A stretch of DNA of 40,191 nt from Bacteroidota bacterium (GTDB taxonomy: Bacteria; Bacteroidota; Bacteroidia; Chitinophagales; Saprospiraceae): contig QMOR01000001.1 in assembly GCA_003648285.1 (NCBI GenBank), positions 1-40,191 on the forward strand, given 5' to 3'. Numbering within the stretch: the first letter of the stretch is position 1; every line of letters begins with the position of its first letter. This document shows, piece by piece, positions 1 to 9,208 of the stretch. Made by a program: the position numbers and the translations under genes. The notes under the pieces are model-generated. The model ran no database searches. It was not told the DNA's origin and saw only the letters and a list, made by a program, of their open reading frames with translations.

Positions 1-12
1 ACCACCATCAGA

Positions 13-1686
13 TTAGTTATCAGTCTTGATAAGTTTTCGTGCCAGCAACCTGTTGTCAGTCTGAATCACGAGAATGTAAATACCTGCAGGTGCTTCCCGC
101 AGCACATCAAACTCGCGCACAATCCGCTCACCGGCAAATACATCAAGACGCTCACTGTGCAACATTTGACCCGTGATTGAAGACAACTGAATATAACCCT
201 GCAGTGCTTCCACGGCTTCCAATTCAAGGTGAAACTGATTGTTGAATGGATTAGGGTATAATTTCATATTGCGCACCAATGGAGCCAAATCTTCAACGGC
301 AGTTTCGCACTTGGTTTTGAATATCAGCGTCGCGCTATTGGTGTCCTGCTCGCAAACACTGATAATCTTAAAGACGTACTCGGTACATTCATCCAGATCC
401 ATAAGCTCGGCAAATGACTCGCCCGTTATCATCTGCTCACCATCTGCCTCGCCCACGACTTTGTAACTATAGATATACCCGAAAGCGGTCGTATCGGATG
501 TCCAGCTTATCGTAGCACTTGTCAACCCGACGAATACCGTATCCAGATTCTCTGCCGGAGGACATGGCTCGTCCACCCTGATACAATAATCCTCAACCTC
601 ACCAAAATTGAATAATCCACATGAAGAAGGTGGAATTGTATCGGAGGCAGTCACTGGCATCATCGCTATACGCAAGCGTGTAATGTCACGAGGAAGCGTA
701 TCGTGCAACATGAAGCTTGAGCCAACACCGTGACCGGTCATATCTATCGTGTCCATCAATAACTCTGTCGAATCATTAAACGAACCATCCAGATCCAGAT
801 CCATCCAGACCCTGATATACGCGGCACAAGTGTCACCATCAAATCCAGGTGCCACAAAGAAATCATACATTCTGCCACGTTCGAGAACAGTCTGTTCCGT
901 GGTATAAGCGAAATACCCGTCATTCGAGCCAGTCTTCATGCGCATATTGGCAAATGAAATACTGTCAATCCAACTTGAAGTCGCATCAATTCCCCCTGTT
1001 TCACAATAGTTCAAAGACGTACACATGCCACAACCCAGGGTTTGCAGGAAGTAGCTCCCGGAATACCCTGTAGAATCACCAGCGCAGAGACTTTGAATCT
1101 GTACATCGTATTCAGAACAAAAATCCAGATCCGCCAAAGTGATTGATGCTTCTATCGTATGCATGCGAATCCAGGAGGTCTCTTCTTTATCTTCTGTCAA
1201 TTTGTAGCGCACTGCAAAAGAATCAGCTTGCAATACATTGTCCCAGCTGAATGTGGCAAATGTATCGCTTACAGTGGTTGCGTTAAATGCGGAAGGGATA
1301 CGGCAGCATCCATCTGTCAGAAATGTAACCGGCGCTGTAAAGTCGCTGCTGCTGTCTCCGCACATGGTCATGATCTCAACTTCGTACAACTCACACATGG
1401 TCAATGGACCAATAGCTAAAGGACTTGAGACATTCAGATACTCTAAGATCTGTGTCGTGTCTGACACGAGAGTCACGCGGACAAACACGGAAGTGTTTAA
1501 GTCCGATTGCTGCCACGTCAGGACGGCTGAAGTATCTGCTACCATTTCCAGGTTGATCTGGTTGGGCTTTGGACAGCCATCACCACCCGAAAGTAAATCT
1601 ACAGGTGACGCTTCGGCATGAACGGTTCCTGCCATTAGTGGCAGACTCATAAGTAGGAAGAAGTGTAATATTTGTCGCATCGGCAT
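13..1686 (-). CDS. Secreted multidomain protein: Cys-containing Fn3-like repeats, a GEVED domain and a T9SS C-terminal sorting domain
   Basis: N-terminal signal peptide MPMRQILHFFLLMSLPLMAGTVHAEA. Repeated modules of the type VSDTFATFSWD / TSATISWT flanked by Cys pairs. FGEVEDYCIRV matches the GEVED motif. The C-terminus KLYPNPFNNQFHLELE...GIYILVIQTDN is typical of a T9SS CTD. An alternative ATG lies at 1680. Confidence 0.85.
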   Translation of the reverse strand: MPMRQILHFFLLMSLPLMAGTVHAEASPVDLLSGGDGCPKPNQINLEMVADTSAVLTWQQSDLNTSVFVRVTLVSDTTQILEYLNVSSPLAIGPLTMCELYEVEIMTMCGDSSSDFTAPVTFLTDGCCRIPSAFNATTVSDTFATFSWDNVLQADSFAVRYKLTEDKEETSWIRMHTIEASITLADLDFCSEYDVQIQSLCAGDSTGYSGSYFLQTLGCGMCTSLNYCETGGIDATSSWIDSISFANMRMKTGSNDGYFAYTTEQTVLERGRMYDFFVAPGFDGDTCAAYIRVWMDLDLDGSFNDSTELLMDTIDMTGHGVGSSFMLHDTLPRDITRLRIAMMPVTASDTIPPSSCGLFNFGEVEDYCIRVDEPCPPAENLDTVFVGLTSATISWTSDTTAFGYIYSYKVVGEADGEQMITGESFAELMDLDECTEYVFKIISVCEQDTNSATLIFKTKCETAVEDLAPLVRNMKLYPNPFNNQFHLELEAVEALQGYIQLSSITGQMLHSERLDVFAGERIVREFDVLREAPAGIYILVIQTDNRLLARKLIKTDN

Positions 1687-1923
1687 ATGAAAAAGTCAGG
1701 ATTATCTCCGCTTAAAATTAACAAGATAACTAGAGTGGCAAAGTCGCACTCACAAATATGACAATACATCGACACATTAATGTGAAGAGATAGCCAAAAG
1801 TAAACGGGCGACTACGTCATGCAATCTTGCGTATATATACATATAATCATAATATTTCATACATTAGTGCTTTGAATGGTGTATATTATATATGCCTTTT
1901 TTAACTAATGCAATGAGATCATC

Positions 1924-4260
1924 ATGAAATTGTACATCACCTGTTTATTTTTTAGTGCTTCGGTATTCACAGCATTTTCGCAGAGTAACATACAAAAAGC
2001 CGAGATGCAGTTTGATATGCGTGATTATAGCCTGGCTATTTCATCGTACGAACAGGCACTCGCCAGTGATCCTGACAATCAGGAGATTCCTGCTAGTATC
2101 GCCATGTGTTACATCCAGCAGCAAAACTATCTGAAGGCCTCACAATGGTTTGAGAAGATTATTGATAACGAAGATGTCAAGCCCGAGCATCTCATTGCAT
2201 ACGGTGATGTCCTGAAATCATTGCGTCTGTACGCCAAGGCAAAATTTTACTATCAAAAGCTCGCACAATATGACCCCGTTATGGCAGAATACTTTGTGCA
2301 TAGCTGCGATGTGGCACGTATTGAAATGCATGGAGACCCATATTATGAAATCAGTGTGATGACCGTCAATTCCCGTAGCTCGGAGTTTGCGCCTTTTCTG
2401 TTTCACGATGATATCCTTTTCAGCTCTCTGCGTACTGATATTGCGATAGAGCAGCCGCGCAAGACAAAGAATGGCCGAAATTCACTGAGTACTGTGAATG
2501 CAGTCTTTATTGCTCAAAAACATGGAGCTAATGATGTGGAGCATTTCAAGAATGCAGCGCAGGGAGATGAAGTCATTTCACATGTCAAATACTCGGAAGA
2601 TGGCAAGTGGGTGGCATATCAGAAAAGTGATTTCAGAGAGGGGCAACGGCTTTTTGATAACCGACCAGGCAAACTGAGTTTGTATATCGCAAAAGTTGCT
2701 TCCAACGGTGAGTGGAGTGACGTAAAAGCTTTTCAGCATAATGGAAACGAATTTTCAACCGGATATCCTTCTTTTTCACCTGACGGATCAGTCTTGTACT
2801 TCGCTAGTACACGCCCGGGAGGGTTTGGAGGCTGGGACCTTTATATCTCTTTCAGGGGACTTGATGGCTGGACCACACCGCACAATATGGGGAACGTCGT
2901 AAATACGTCAGGCAATGAGATTGCACCTTTCTATTCGGACCATAAGATCTTCTTTTCCTCCGACAGACATCCCGGTATAGGTGGCTTTGACATTTTTAAA
3001 GCCACAAGTCAGGAAGGACAGTGGAACAATGTCCGCTCCATGGGCTATCCACTCAATTCACCGAAAGATGATATTGATTTTGTCTGGGATCCCACAAGGG
3101 AGATTGGATATTTCTCATCAAATAGAATTGGCACAACTGGTGGTTATGACATCTATTATTGCACACCTCTTTATGAAGAGATCATCATGACAGTTTATGA
3201 TCAGGATGGAGAAAATGCCATAGCCGGGGCCACTATTTCTTATAAAGGAGCAAAAGCTGCACCACTGACAACGGATCAAAAAGGTCAGGTGATCATCCAT
3301 CAGAGATTTAATGAAACAAGTAGTCTTGTTATTTCGCATGATACCTACAAGGATCTTGCGATGACACTCAAAGCGCCAGGCGAAGGACCGGCTAAATATG
3401 ATGTATATATTGATAAATCACTGACGACTGAAGGCGGTGACGTAGCTGCAACTGAGGGAAACCTGACAGACAAAAACAATGCGAACAGTTCTGCTTCCCA
3501 AGCTCAAACCACACCTTCGGGTCAGGCACAGCAGCCTGAAACAATCGTGACAACAAGGACTGTTGTTGTAGGTAATGTAGCCGGGACCTCTGATTCACAG
3601 AGCACGAGTGATGGTAGTGTAGCAGAGTCAAAAGAAATAGGAGCAAGTGAAGCAAGTGTTCCTCAAGACAAACCTGCGGCAAAGAGTGCAACGCCAGTAG
3701 CAAGTGAGACAAACACAAACAATCCGACTACACAGACTGTGACTGCGGGTATGTATGCTGTGCAAATTGCGGCTATCAGAAAGTCCACAACTCTCGATCA
3801 GTATAGCAGTCTGTCTACTATTGGTAAGGTCATGCAATATCAGGAGAAAGGGATGTATAAAATTCGCGTGGGATACTACAACAATGCCACTCAGGCAAAA
3901 AATGCCTTGAGAAGCATTAAGCAATCCGGCTACCCTGATGCGTTTATTGTAAAAGCAAATCCAACGATAAGCGCACCGGTTTCTCCTACTGAGAAAAATG
4001 TAGTAAAAGAGACGTCAGACCAGGATTACCTTGTAAGACTGGGAACGTATTCCCGTCCCGAATTTTTTGACGCCAGCAAAGTTGATCATCTCGGTACTGT
4101 AGATACGTACAAATCCGGCAAATTTACAATCATGCTGCTCAGGGGATTCAGTTCCTATGAGGCGGCTGACCATGCGCGAAAAGAATCTGCCAAGCAAGGA
4201 TTTAAGGATGCCTATATCGTGGTAGAGAAAGATGGCGGTCTTCACAAAGCGAAGAACTAG
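1924..4260 (+). CDS. Periplasmic TPR / PD40 (TolB-like beta-propeller) repeat protein with two C-terminal SPOR peptidoglycan-binding domains
   Basis: Signal peptide MKLYITCLFFSASVFTAFSQ. TPR-like helices (YSLAISSYEQALASDPDN). PD40-like repeats (FSPDGSVLYFAS, NEIAPFYS, GYFSSNR..GGYDIY). An S/T/Q/A-rich linker. Two SPOR-like modules (YAVQIAAIRK...GYPDAFIV and YLVRLGTYSR...GFKDAYIVV). Confidence 0.85.
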   Translation: MKLYITCLFFSASVFTAFSQSNIQKAEMQFDMRDYSLAISSYEQALASDPDNQEIPASIAMCYIQQQNYLKASQWFEKIIDNEDVKPEHLIAYGDVLKSLRLYAKAKFYYQKLAQYDPVMAEYFVHSCDVARIEMHGDPYYEISVMTVNSRSSEFAPFLFHDDILFSSLRTDIAIEQPRKTKNGRNSLSTVNAVFIAQKHGANDVEHFKNAAQGDEVISHVKYSEDGKWVAYQKSDFREGQRLFDNRPGKLSLYIAKVASNGEWSDVKAFQHNGNEFSTGYPSFSPDGSVLYFASTRPGGFGGWDLYISFRGLDGWTTPHNMGNVVNTSGNEIAPFYSDHKIFFSSDRHPGIGGFDIFKATSQEGQWNNVRSMGYPLNSPKDDIDFVWDPTREIGYFSSNRIGTTGGYDIYYCTPLYEEIIMTVYDQDGENAIAGATISYKGAKAAPLTTDQKGQVIIHQRFNETSSLVISHDTYKDLAMTLKAPGEGPAKYDVYIDKSLTTEGGDVAATEGNLTDKNNANSSASQAQTTPSGQAQQPETIVTTRTVVVGNVAGTSDSQSTSDGSVAESKEIGASEASVPQDKPAAKSATPVASETNTNNPTTQTVTAGMYAVQIAAIRKSTTLDQYSSLSTIGKVMQYQEKGMYKIRVGYYNNATQAKNALRSIKQSGYPDAFIVKANPTISAPVSPTEKNVVKETSDQDYLVRLGTYSRPEFFDASKVDHLGTVDTYKSGKFTIMLLRGFSSYEAADHARKESAKQGFKDAYIVVEKDGGLHKAKN

Positions 4261-4265
4261 AGTAT

Positions 4266-5213
4266 CTACAATCGTCTGGAATCCAGATTATAGATTCCAG
4301 ACGATTGATTTTTGATGGCAAACTCAAACACATCATCACGTTGATAGTGACCGCTTACGTCCAGCGTCATTTTTTCTCCATATATCGTGTCCAAATCTTC
4401 GATTTGATAGTAAAGCACGTCTTCGCACGACGTGTCTGGCTCCATGAGGTATTTGCCATGAGCTCCCACAATACAACTTCCCCCATTCAATAGCAGGGTC
4501 TCGGGATCAGCCTTCAACTTTAATTCTGTGGGCATCTGGTCCGCCTTCATGAGCTGACCCGCTGCGACAACGATACAGCGCCCTTCAAATGCATAATGTC
4601 GTGAAGCTATCTGCAACATGTCATGCACCTGAGGCCAGAGTGCAATGTGAATTTCCTCTCCACTCATGTGCATCGCCTGCCTGGCAAGGGGCATCCAGTG
4701 TTCCCAACAGATGAGTGCACCAATGCGTCCTACAGAAGTATCGACAGCTCGTAATCCGCGTCCGTCACCTTGGCCGTACAAAAGTTTCTCTGTGTAAGTG
4801 GGTATCAACTTTTGATGATGAAGCAAGATATTTCCCTGATCAATAATTAACACAGAATTATAAATCGTTCCAGTCTGTGCATTGTTGACCTCATTAATTC
4901 CTATACAAATACAAATGTTGCGCTCCCGCGTAGCATCACAGATCGCCCGAATTTCATCACCATCGACTTTGACACTGTTGGCATACATCTTCTGAAAGAC
5001 GGATTTGGTAACAGGGTCATCCCATCGTGTATAGTCAGTACTGTGATCTATCCATGCGGGATATCCTGTAAGCCAGCATTCACCAAATACGACGAGCTGA
5101 GCACCTCTGGTAGCACATTCGTCAATAATCTCGAGCGCAAGGGTAACGCTGCGCACCAGATCAAGGTAGATCGCCGTCTTTTGTACAATTGCAATTTTGA
5201 GTGGTCTGGCCAT
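4266..5213 (-). CDS. Nitrilase (carbon-nitrogen hydrolase superfamily, branch 1)
   Basis: The Glu-Lys-Cys triad context is visible: VVFGECWLTGYP, HHQKLIPT and GALICWEHWMPLAR. Length of 315 aa is typical of nitrilases. Confidence 0.9.
   Translation of the reverse strand: MARPLKIAIVQKTAIYLDLVRSVTLALEIIDECATRGAQLVVFGECWLTGYPAWIDHSTDYTRWDDPVTKSVFQKMYANSVKVDGDEIRAICDATRERNICICIGINEVNNAQTGTIYNSVLIIDQGNILLHHQKLIPTYTEKLLYGQGDGRGLRAVDTSVGRIGALICWEHWMPLARQAMHMSGEEIHIALWPQVHDMLQIASRHYAFEGRCIVVAAGQLMKADQMPTELKLKADPETLLLNGGSCIVGAHGKYLMEPDTSCEDVLYYQIEDLDTIYGEKMTLDVSGHYQRDDVFEFAIKNQSSGIYNLDSRRL
4269..4313 (+). terminator. Rho-independent terminator of the 1924-4260 gene, embedded in the 3' end of the convergent nitrilase ORF
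   Basis: A 15-bp perfect stem (4269-4283 pairs with 4293-4307, core AATCGTCTGGAAT / ATTCCAGACGATT) with a 9-nt loop. A TTTTT run follows at 4309-4313. The stem starts 9 nt after the stop codon at 4258-4260. Confidence 0.65.
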
Positions 5214-5216
5214 AGA

Positions 5217-6845
5217 ATGAAGTTAGAAGAAAATCTGTTTGACAATATCATGTTAAATTTGGCACTCTACGGTGCATCTATGGATCAAAGTACAATTCTG
5301 GACGTAAGAAACTTAACTGTTGCTATTGGAGAAAGCGCGATTCTCTCTGATGTGAGTTTTAGCGTGCGCACAGGACAACGCATCGGGATAGCCGGCCCTT
5401 CTGGATCGGGAAAGACGATGCTGGCATGGACTATTATGTCGGGTCAGCCTCCTGAAGCACGTGTAAGTGGGAATATCAGATATCGATCTACGGGTGATAT
5501 CATTGAATTGTTGAGCCAAAACGATAAGGGTCGCAGTCTGATTCTGGGAAAAGAGGTCGCAATCATTCCTCAGAATCCCTATTCCAGTTTGAATCCTTCC
5601 ATGACTTGTGGCGCTCAAATCCGGGAGGCGATTAAAGAACAGAAATTGTCTCGCAATGAAGTGAAGGACTTGTGTATTGAAACATTGCAGGAAATGGGGT
5701 TTGAAGATCCTCAGCGAATTGATATTTCGTATCCGCATCAGTTGTCTGGTGGGCAATTGCAGAGAGTGATCATTGTGATGGCAATCATTAACAAGCCCAG
5801 GCTGCTGATTGCGGATGAGCCGACTACGGCATTGGACACAATGACCACATTGCACATTCTGACATTGATGGACAAGTGGGTTAAAAAAAATAACACATCA
5901 CTCTTGCTCATCTCGCATGACTGGACCGTCTTGTCAAAAATGTGCGATATGATAATTTCTTTAAAAGATGGTCGCGTTGTATCCGTAAATGAGGGAGACA
6001 CGATTGAAGGTTCTGAAAAAATGCTGTCCAGCAGCAGCCCCAAAACAGGCGATATCGAGAATGATAAAATCTCCGATTCTGCAATCCTGAAGATAGATGG
6101 CCTCAGCAAGAGTTTTGCCGCCAGAGGCAAGAGAGGGCAGAAGGTGGTTGCAGTACATGACCTCTCACTTGAGCTCGCACCCGGAGAGTCTCTGGGAATA
6201 GTCGGTGAAAGCGGCAGCGGTAAATCTACACTCGCGAAGTTACTCACAGGACTTGAGGTCGCTGATAAGGGAACAATGACATTCGAAAATCACAAGATCG
6301 ATTATGCGGGGAATCCTTTTTTGCGCAAGGAGATTCAAATGATATTTCAGGATCCGTACAGTGCCTTGTATCCGCACCGTACGGTCGGATATAGTATCGA
6401 TGAACCGCTCAAACTGCATCACAGAATGCATTCCGAGGAAAGACGTGTCAAAGTCATGGAACTCATGCATCTCGTAGATTTGGACAGCGCGTATTACGAT
6501 CGCCTACCTGGTAAACTATCGGGAGGAGAGAGGCAACGCGTTCAAATTGCAAGGGCGCTGAGTGTTGATCCAAGACTATTGATTTGTGATGAATGTATTG
6601 CCGGCCTTGATATTCCGGTTCAGGCGCGCATCCTTGAGCTCCTTCAGAGGCTTACCGCAGAGCGAAAGTTATCGCTCATTTTTATTTCGCATGATCTGCA
6701 TGCTGTGCGCTTTATTTGTGACAAAGTGGCTGTGATGGCAGGAGGGCAGATTGTAGAAAAAGGCAGAACTCAGGACATTCTGAGTCATCCGCAACACGAG
6801 ATCACTAAAAATCTTGTGTCTTCAGTCCTTGTTTTAGACGAATGA
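5217..6845 (+). CDS. ABC transporter ATP-binding protein with two fused NBDs (DppD/DppF- or YejF-like)
   Basis: NBD1: GIAGPSGSGKT, LSGGQLQR, LLIADEPTTALD. NBD2: GIVGESGSGKST, LSGGERQR, LLICDECIAGLD. The track ORF starts at 5043 inside the nitrilase gene. In-frame ATGs at 5217, 5250 and 5280 are the realistic starts. Confidence 0.85.
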   Translation: MKLEENLFDNIMLNLALYGASMDQSTILDVRNLTVAIGESAILSDVSFSVRTGQRIGIAGPSGSGKTMLAWTIMSGQPPEARVSGNIRYRSTGDIIELLSQNDKGRSLILGKEVAIIPQNPYSSLNPSMTCGAQIREAIKEQKLSRNEVKDLCIETLQEMGFEDPQRIDISYPHQLSGGQLQRVIIVMAIINKPRLLIADEPTTALDTMTTLHILTLMDKWVKKNNTSLLLISHDWTVLSKMCDMIISLKDGRVVSVNEGDTIEGSEKMLSSSSPKTGDIENDKISDSAILKIDGLSKSFAARGKRGQKVVAVHDLSLELAPGESLGIVGESGSGKSTLAKLLTGLEVADKGTMTFENHKIDYAGNPFLRKEIQMIFQDPYSALYPHRTVGYSIDEPLKLHHRMHSEERRVKVMELMHLVDLDSAYYDRLPGKLSGGERQRVQIARALSVDPRLLICDECIAGLDIPVQARILELLQRLTAERKLSLIFISHDLHAVRFICDKVAVMAGGQIVEKGRTQDILSHPQHEITKNLVSSVLVLDE

Positions 6846-6978
6846 GTGTTAAACATTTATTAACGTCGCACATTATTGGGACAACTGCCTTATCTTTAGC
6901 AAGAATTATTTTACAGCACAAGTGCAACCTTTTCGAGTTCGTTGCGTCATTACTGTAGAACAATTAAAATAACACGTT

Positions 6979-7215
6979 TTGACACCAAAAAGAAAATATC
7001 AAATCAAAGCCTTCGGTCTGGCAATCATGTTTGGACTGAGTATTGCGTCATTTGCATATTTGAACAGCGTCAGTGACACTATGCGTGTAGAGCAGCCAAA
7101 TATCTATGTTGAAGATGTAGAGGAGGAGCCGGGAGAGCTTCTGCCTGATATGCAAATCATCAAGCTATTGATGAACAAGACATTGGACTTCGTCATCAGG
7201 ACCCAACCTCTTTAG
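6979..7215 (+). CDS. Hypothetical small single-pass membrane protein (weak call)
   Basis: TTG-initiated 78-aa ORF with one hydrophobic helix (AFGLAIMFGLSIASFAYL) and an acidic tail. It overlaps the fmt 3' end by 20 nt convergently. I recognise no family. Confidence 0.3.
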   Translation: MTPKRKYQIKAFGLAIMFGLSIASFAYLNSVSDTMRVEQPNIYVEDVEEEPGELLPDMQIIKLLMNKTLDFVIRTQPL

Positions 7216-8125
7216 ATACGATGTGATAACCGTTGAGAAAATCAACGACAGACATCCTCCTTTTTCCCTCTTGTTGTAATCTCGTGATCTGTAATGCGCC
7301 TTGTGCACAAGCTATTGTCAGGGTATTCTTGTTGTCGGTCAGTATTTGACCAGGCCTTCCATTGTCAGAAGATATTTTAGCTGTTAATACTTTGTGAGAT
7401 TTGCCATCCATTTGCATCCATGCCGCCGGATATGGACTCAGACCTCGCACAAAGTTATACACCACTTCCACAGGTTGATTGAAGTCAATGGCACACGTTT
7501 CGTGAAAAATCTTTGGAGCCTTTGATGTAAGTGCATTGTCTTGCGCTGTAGATGTGATCGTGTGATTTTCCAATCCCCTAACCGTGTCAAGTATCGTCTT
7601 TGCTCCCAGCACCATCATCCGATCGTGTACATCACCAGCCGTGTCATCATGCAGAATAGGCATTTTGTGCTGAAGTAGAATATCCCCGGTATCGATCTCA
7701 TGCTTCAATAGAAAAGTTGTCACACCAGTTTCTGTATCACCATTTATGATTGCCCAATTGATTGGAGCTGCACCTCTGTACTTCGGAAGCAAGGAGCCGT
7801 GGAGATTGAGCGTCCCCATTTCCGGCATATTCCATACGACCTCGGGAAGCATCCTGAATGCCACCACGACTTGGAGATCGGCCTTGAGTGATGTCAGTTT
7901 CTCAATGAAGTCCGTATTCTTGAGATTGGCTGGTTGGAGGACGTGTATATTTTGTGAGACAGCATACCTCTTTATTGGTGATTCGATCAATTTGCCCTTA
8001 CCGCGCCCACCAAACTTGTCTGTCGCAGTGATCACGCCCACGACATTGTATCCTGCCGTTACGAGTGCCCGAAGTGATGGCACTGCAAATTCAGGAGTTC
8101 CCATAAATACTATCCTTAGCGACAT
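7196..8125 (-). CDS. fmt: Methionyl-tRNA formyltransferase
   Basis: MSLRIVFMGTPEFAVPSL N-terminus and the HGSLLPKYRGAAPINWAII formyltransferase motif. Length is 309 aa. Confidence 0.95.
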   Translation of the reverse strand: MSLRIVFMGTPEFAVPSLRALVTAGYNVVGVITATDKFGGRGKGKLIESPIKRYAVSQNIHVLQPANLKNTDFIEKLTSLKADLQVVVAFRMLPEVVWNMPEMGTLNLHGSLLPKYRGAAPINWAIINGDTETGVTTFLLKHEIDTGDILLQHKMPILHDDTAGDVHDRMMVLGAKTILDTVRGLENHTITSTAQDNALTSKAPKIFHETCAIDFNQPVEVVYNFVRGLSPYPAAWMQMDGKSHKVLTAKISSDNGRPGQILTDNKNTLTIACAQGALQITRLQQEGKRRMSVVDFLNGYHIVSKEVGS

Positions 8126-8218
8126 AACAGACTTTCTTACTTTTACACTAATCTATCAGGTTAGAATGCAGCACAATGTAATAAGTTGCGTCGGCCAATA
8201 CACACTTAAAGCGCAAAC

Positions 8219-8536
8219 ATGACTGCAAAGGAATTTTTAAGCTCTTTACCTGCCAAGGTGCCAGTTGATGCTATTGAAGGCGTCGAAACATTATTTCATT
8301 TTGATATTTCTGGTGACGAGGGGACACAGGCCACGATCAGCATCAAGGATGGCGAAGTAAAGTTTGAAGAGGGTCTTCAGGGAGAACCGAAGTGCGTGGT
8401 TTCAGCATCTCATGAAAACCTGAAAAAAGTACTGAGTGGATCCCTGAATCCCATGATGGCTATTATGACAGGCAAAATAAAAATCAGCAACACCAGCGAA
8501 ATGATGAAATACGCAAAAATCTTTGGCCTGATGTAG
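8219..8536 (+). CDS. SCP2 sterol-binding domain protein
   Basis: 105 aa with an SCP2-like C-terminus: LSGSLNPMMAIMTGKIKISN..EMMKYAKIF. Confidence 0.8.
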   Translation: MTAKEFLSSLPAKVPVDAIEGVETLFHFDISGDEGTQATISIKDGEVKFEEGLQGEPKCVVSASHENLKKVLSGSLNPMMAIMTGKIKISNTSEMMKYAKIFGLM

Positions 8537-8587
8537 CCGTTTTGTTGCAGACGTATCACTTTATACTACCTGAATCGTTCTAATTCC

Positions 8588-9193
8588 GTGCAGTACAGAA
8601 TTTTAATTATATGTTTTCTCTTCCTGAGTGCAAACCCTGGCATGAGTCAGGTAGATGGCTTCTCTATGGAGGCAGATACAATAGAAAATGCCTATGATGA
8701 CGATGTGCCGACGGTAGAGGGGCCTAAAGCAAATATGTTTGAAGGCCCACCGGGAAGAGCGGCACTCTATTCACTCATCATCCCAGGTACAGGCCAGATC
8801 TACAATGGCAGCTATTGGAAGGCACCCATTGTATGGGGGCTTATAGGCACGATGGGAACTCTCGTAGCATTCACCAGCAATCAGTATCGTGAACTCGACA
8901 CGCGTTATGTCAATGCACTGACTGACGAGATGAGCGCAAACCCCGGTACAGATCCTGATCCTTATGGACTCTCATCCACCCAATTGTTTAACCTGCGCAC
9001 TGAGGCAAATAAAAACAGGCAACTCTCAATTGTGATATTCAGTTTTGCCTGGCTGGGACAGACGATCGAAGCATACGTCGATGGGCATCTCAAGGAGTTT
9101 GACGTCAGCGATGATTTATCCATCAGATTTAAGCCAATCATGTTCAATGACGGAGCCAGTATTGCTCAGACAGGTATCACAATCCGTTTTTAA
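8588..9193 (+). CDS. DUF5683 family protein (Bacteroidota-specific, usually found beside parAB)
   Basis: GTG start, signal-like N-terminus and the motif SLIIPGTGQIYNGSYWKAPIVWG. Its position next to parB fits the usual synteny. Confidence 0.75.
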   Translation: MQYRILIICFLFLSANPGMSQVDGFSMEADTIENAYDDDVPTVEGPKANMFEGPPGRAALYSLIIPGTGQIYNGSYWKAPIVWGLIGTMGTLVAFTSNQYRELDTRYVNALTDEMSANPGTDPDPYGLSSTQLFNLRTEANKNRQLSIVIFSFAWLGQTIEAYVDGHLKEFDVSDDLSIRFKPIMFNDGASIAQTGITIRF

Positions 9194-9208
9194 TTGAGAT
9201 TCTAAACT

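Noticed and set aside
3420-3755. Repetitive-looking DNA that might have been a tandem repeat or array; the same applies to 34890-35335
   Set aside because: Both stretches are in frame within long ORFs and encode S/T/Q/N/E-rich linkers. They have no regular unit length and no spacer-repeat periodicity, so they are not CRISPR arrays or VNTRs.
5043-5216. N-terminal 58 codons of the 600-aa track ORF, overlapping the nitrilase gene on the opposite strand
   Set aside because: No ABC-domain sequence lies there. The stretch is the reverse complement of the well-supported nitrilase N-terminus. In-frame ATGs at 5217, 5250 and 5280 give a normal NBD N-terminus.
5313-6247. 180-aa and 169-aa antisense ORFs inside the ABC ATPase gene
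   Set aside because: They sit opposite conserved Walker and signature motifs, show low-complexity R/S/L-rich translations and have no start context. I treat them as shadow ORFs.
7746-8222. 158-aa plus-strand ORF antisense to fmt
   Set aside because: It is a shadow ORF of a conserved gene with no motifs. It would end inside the SCP2 gene start.
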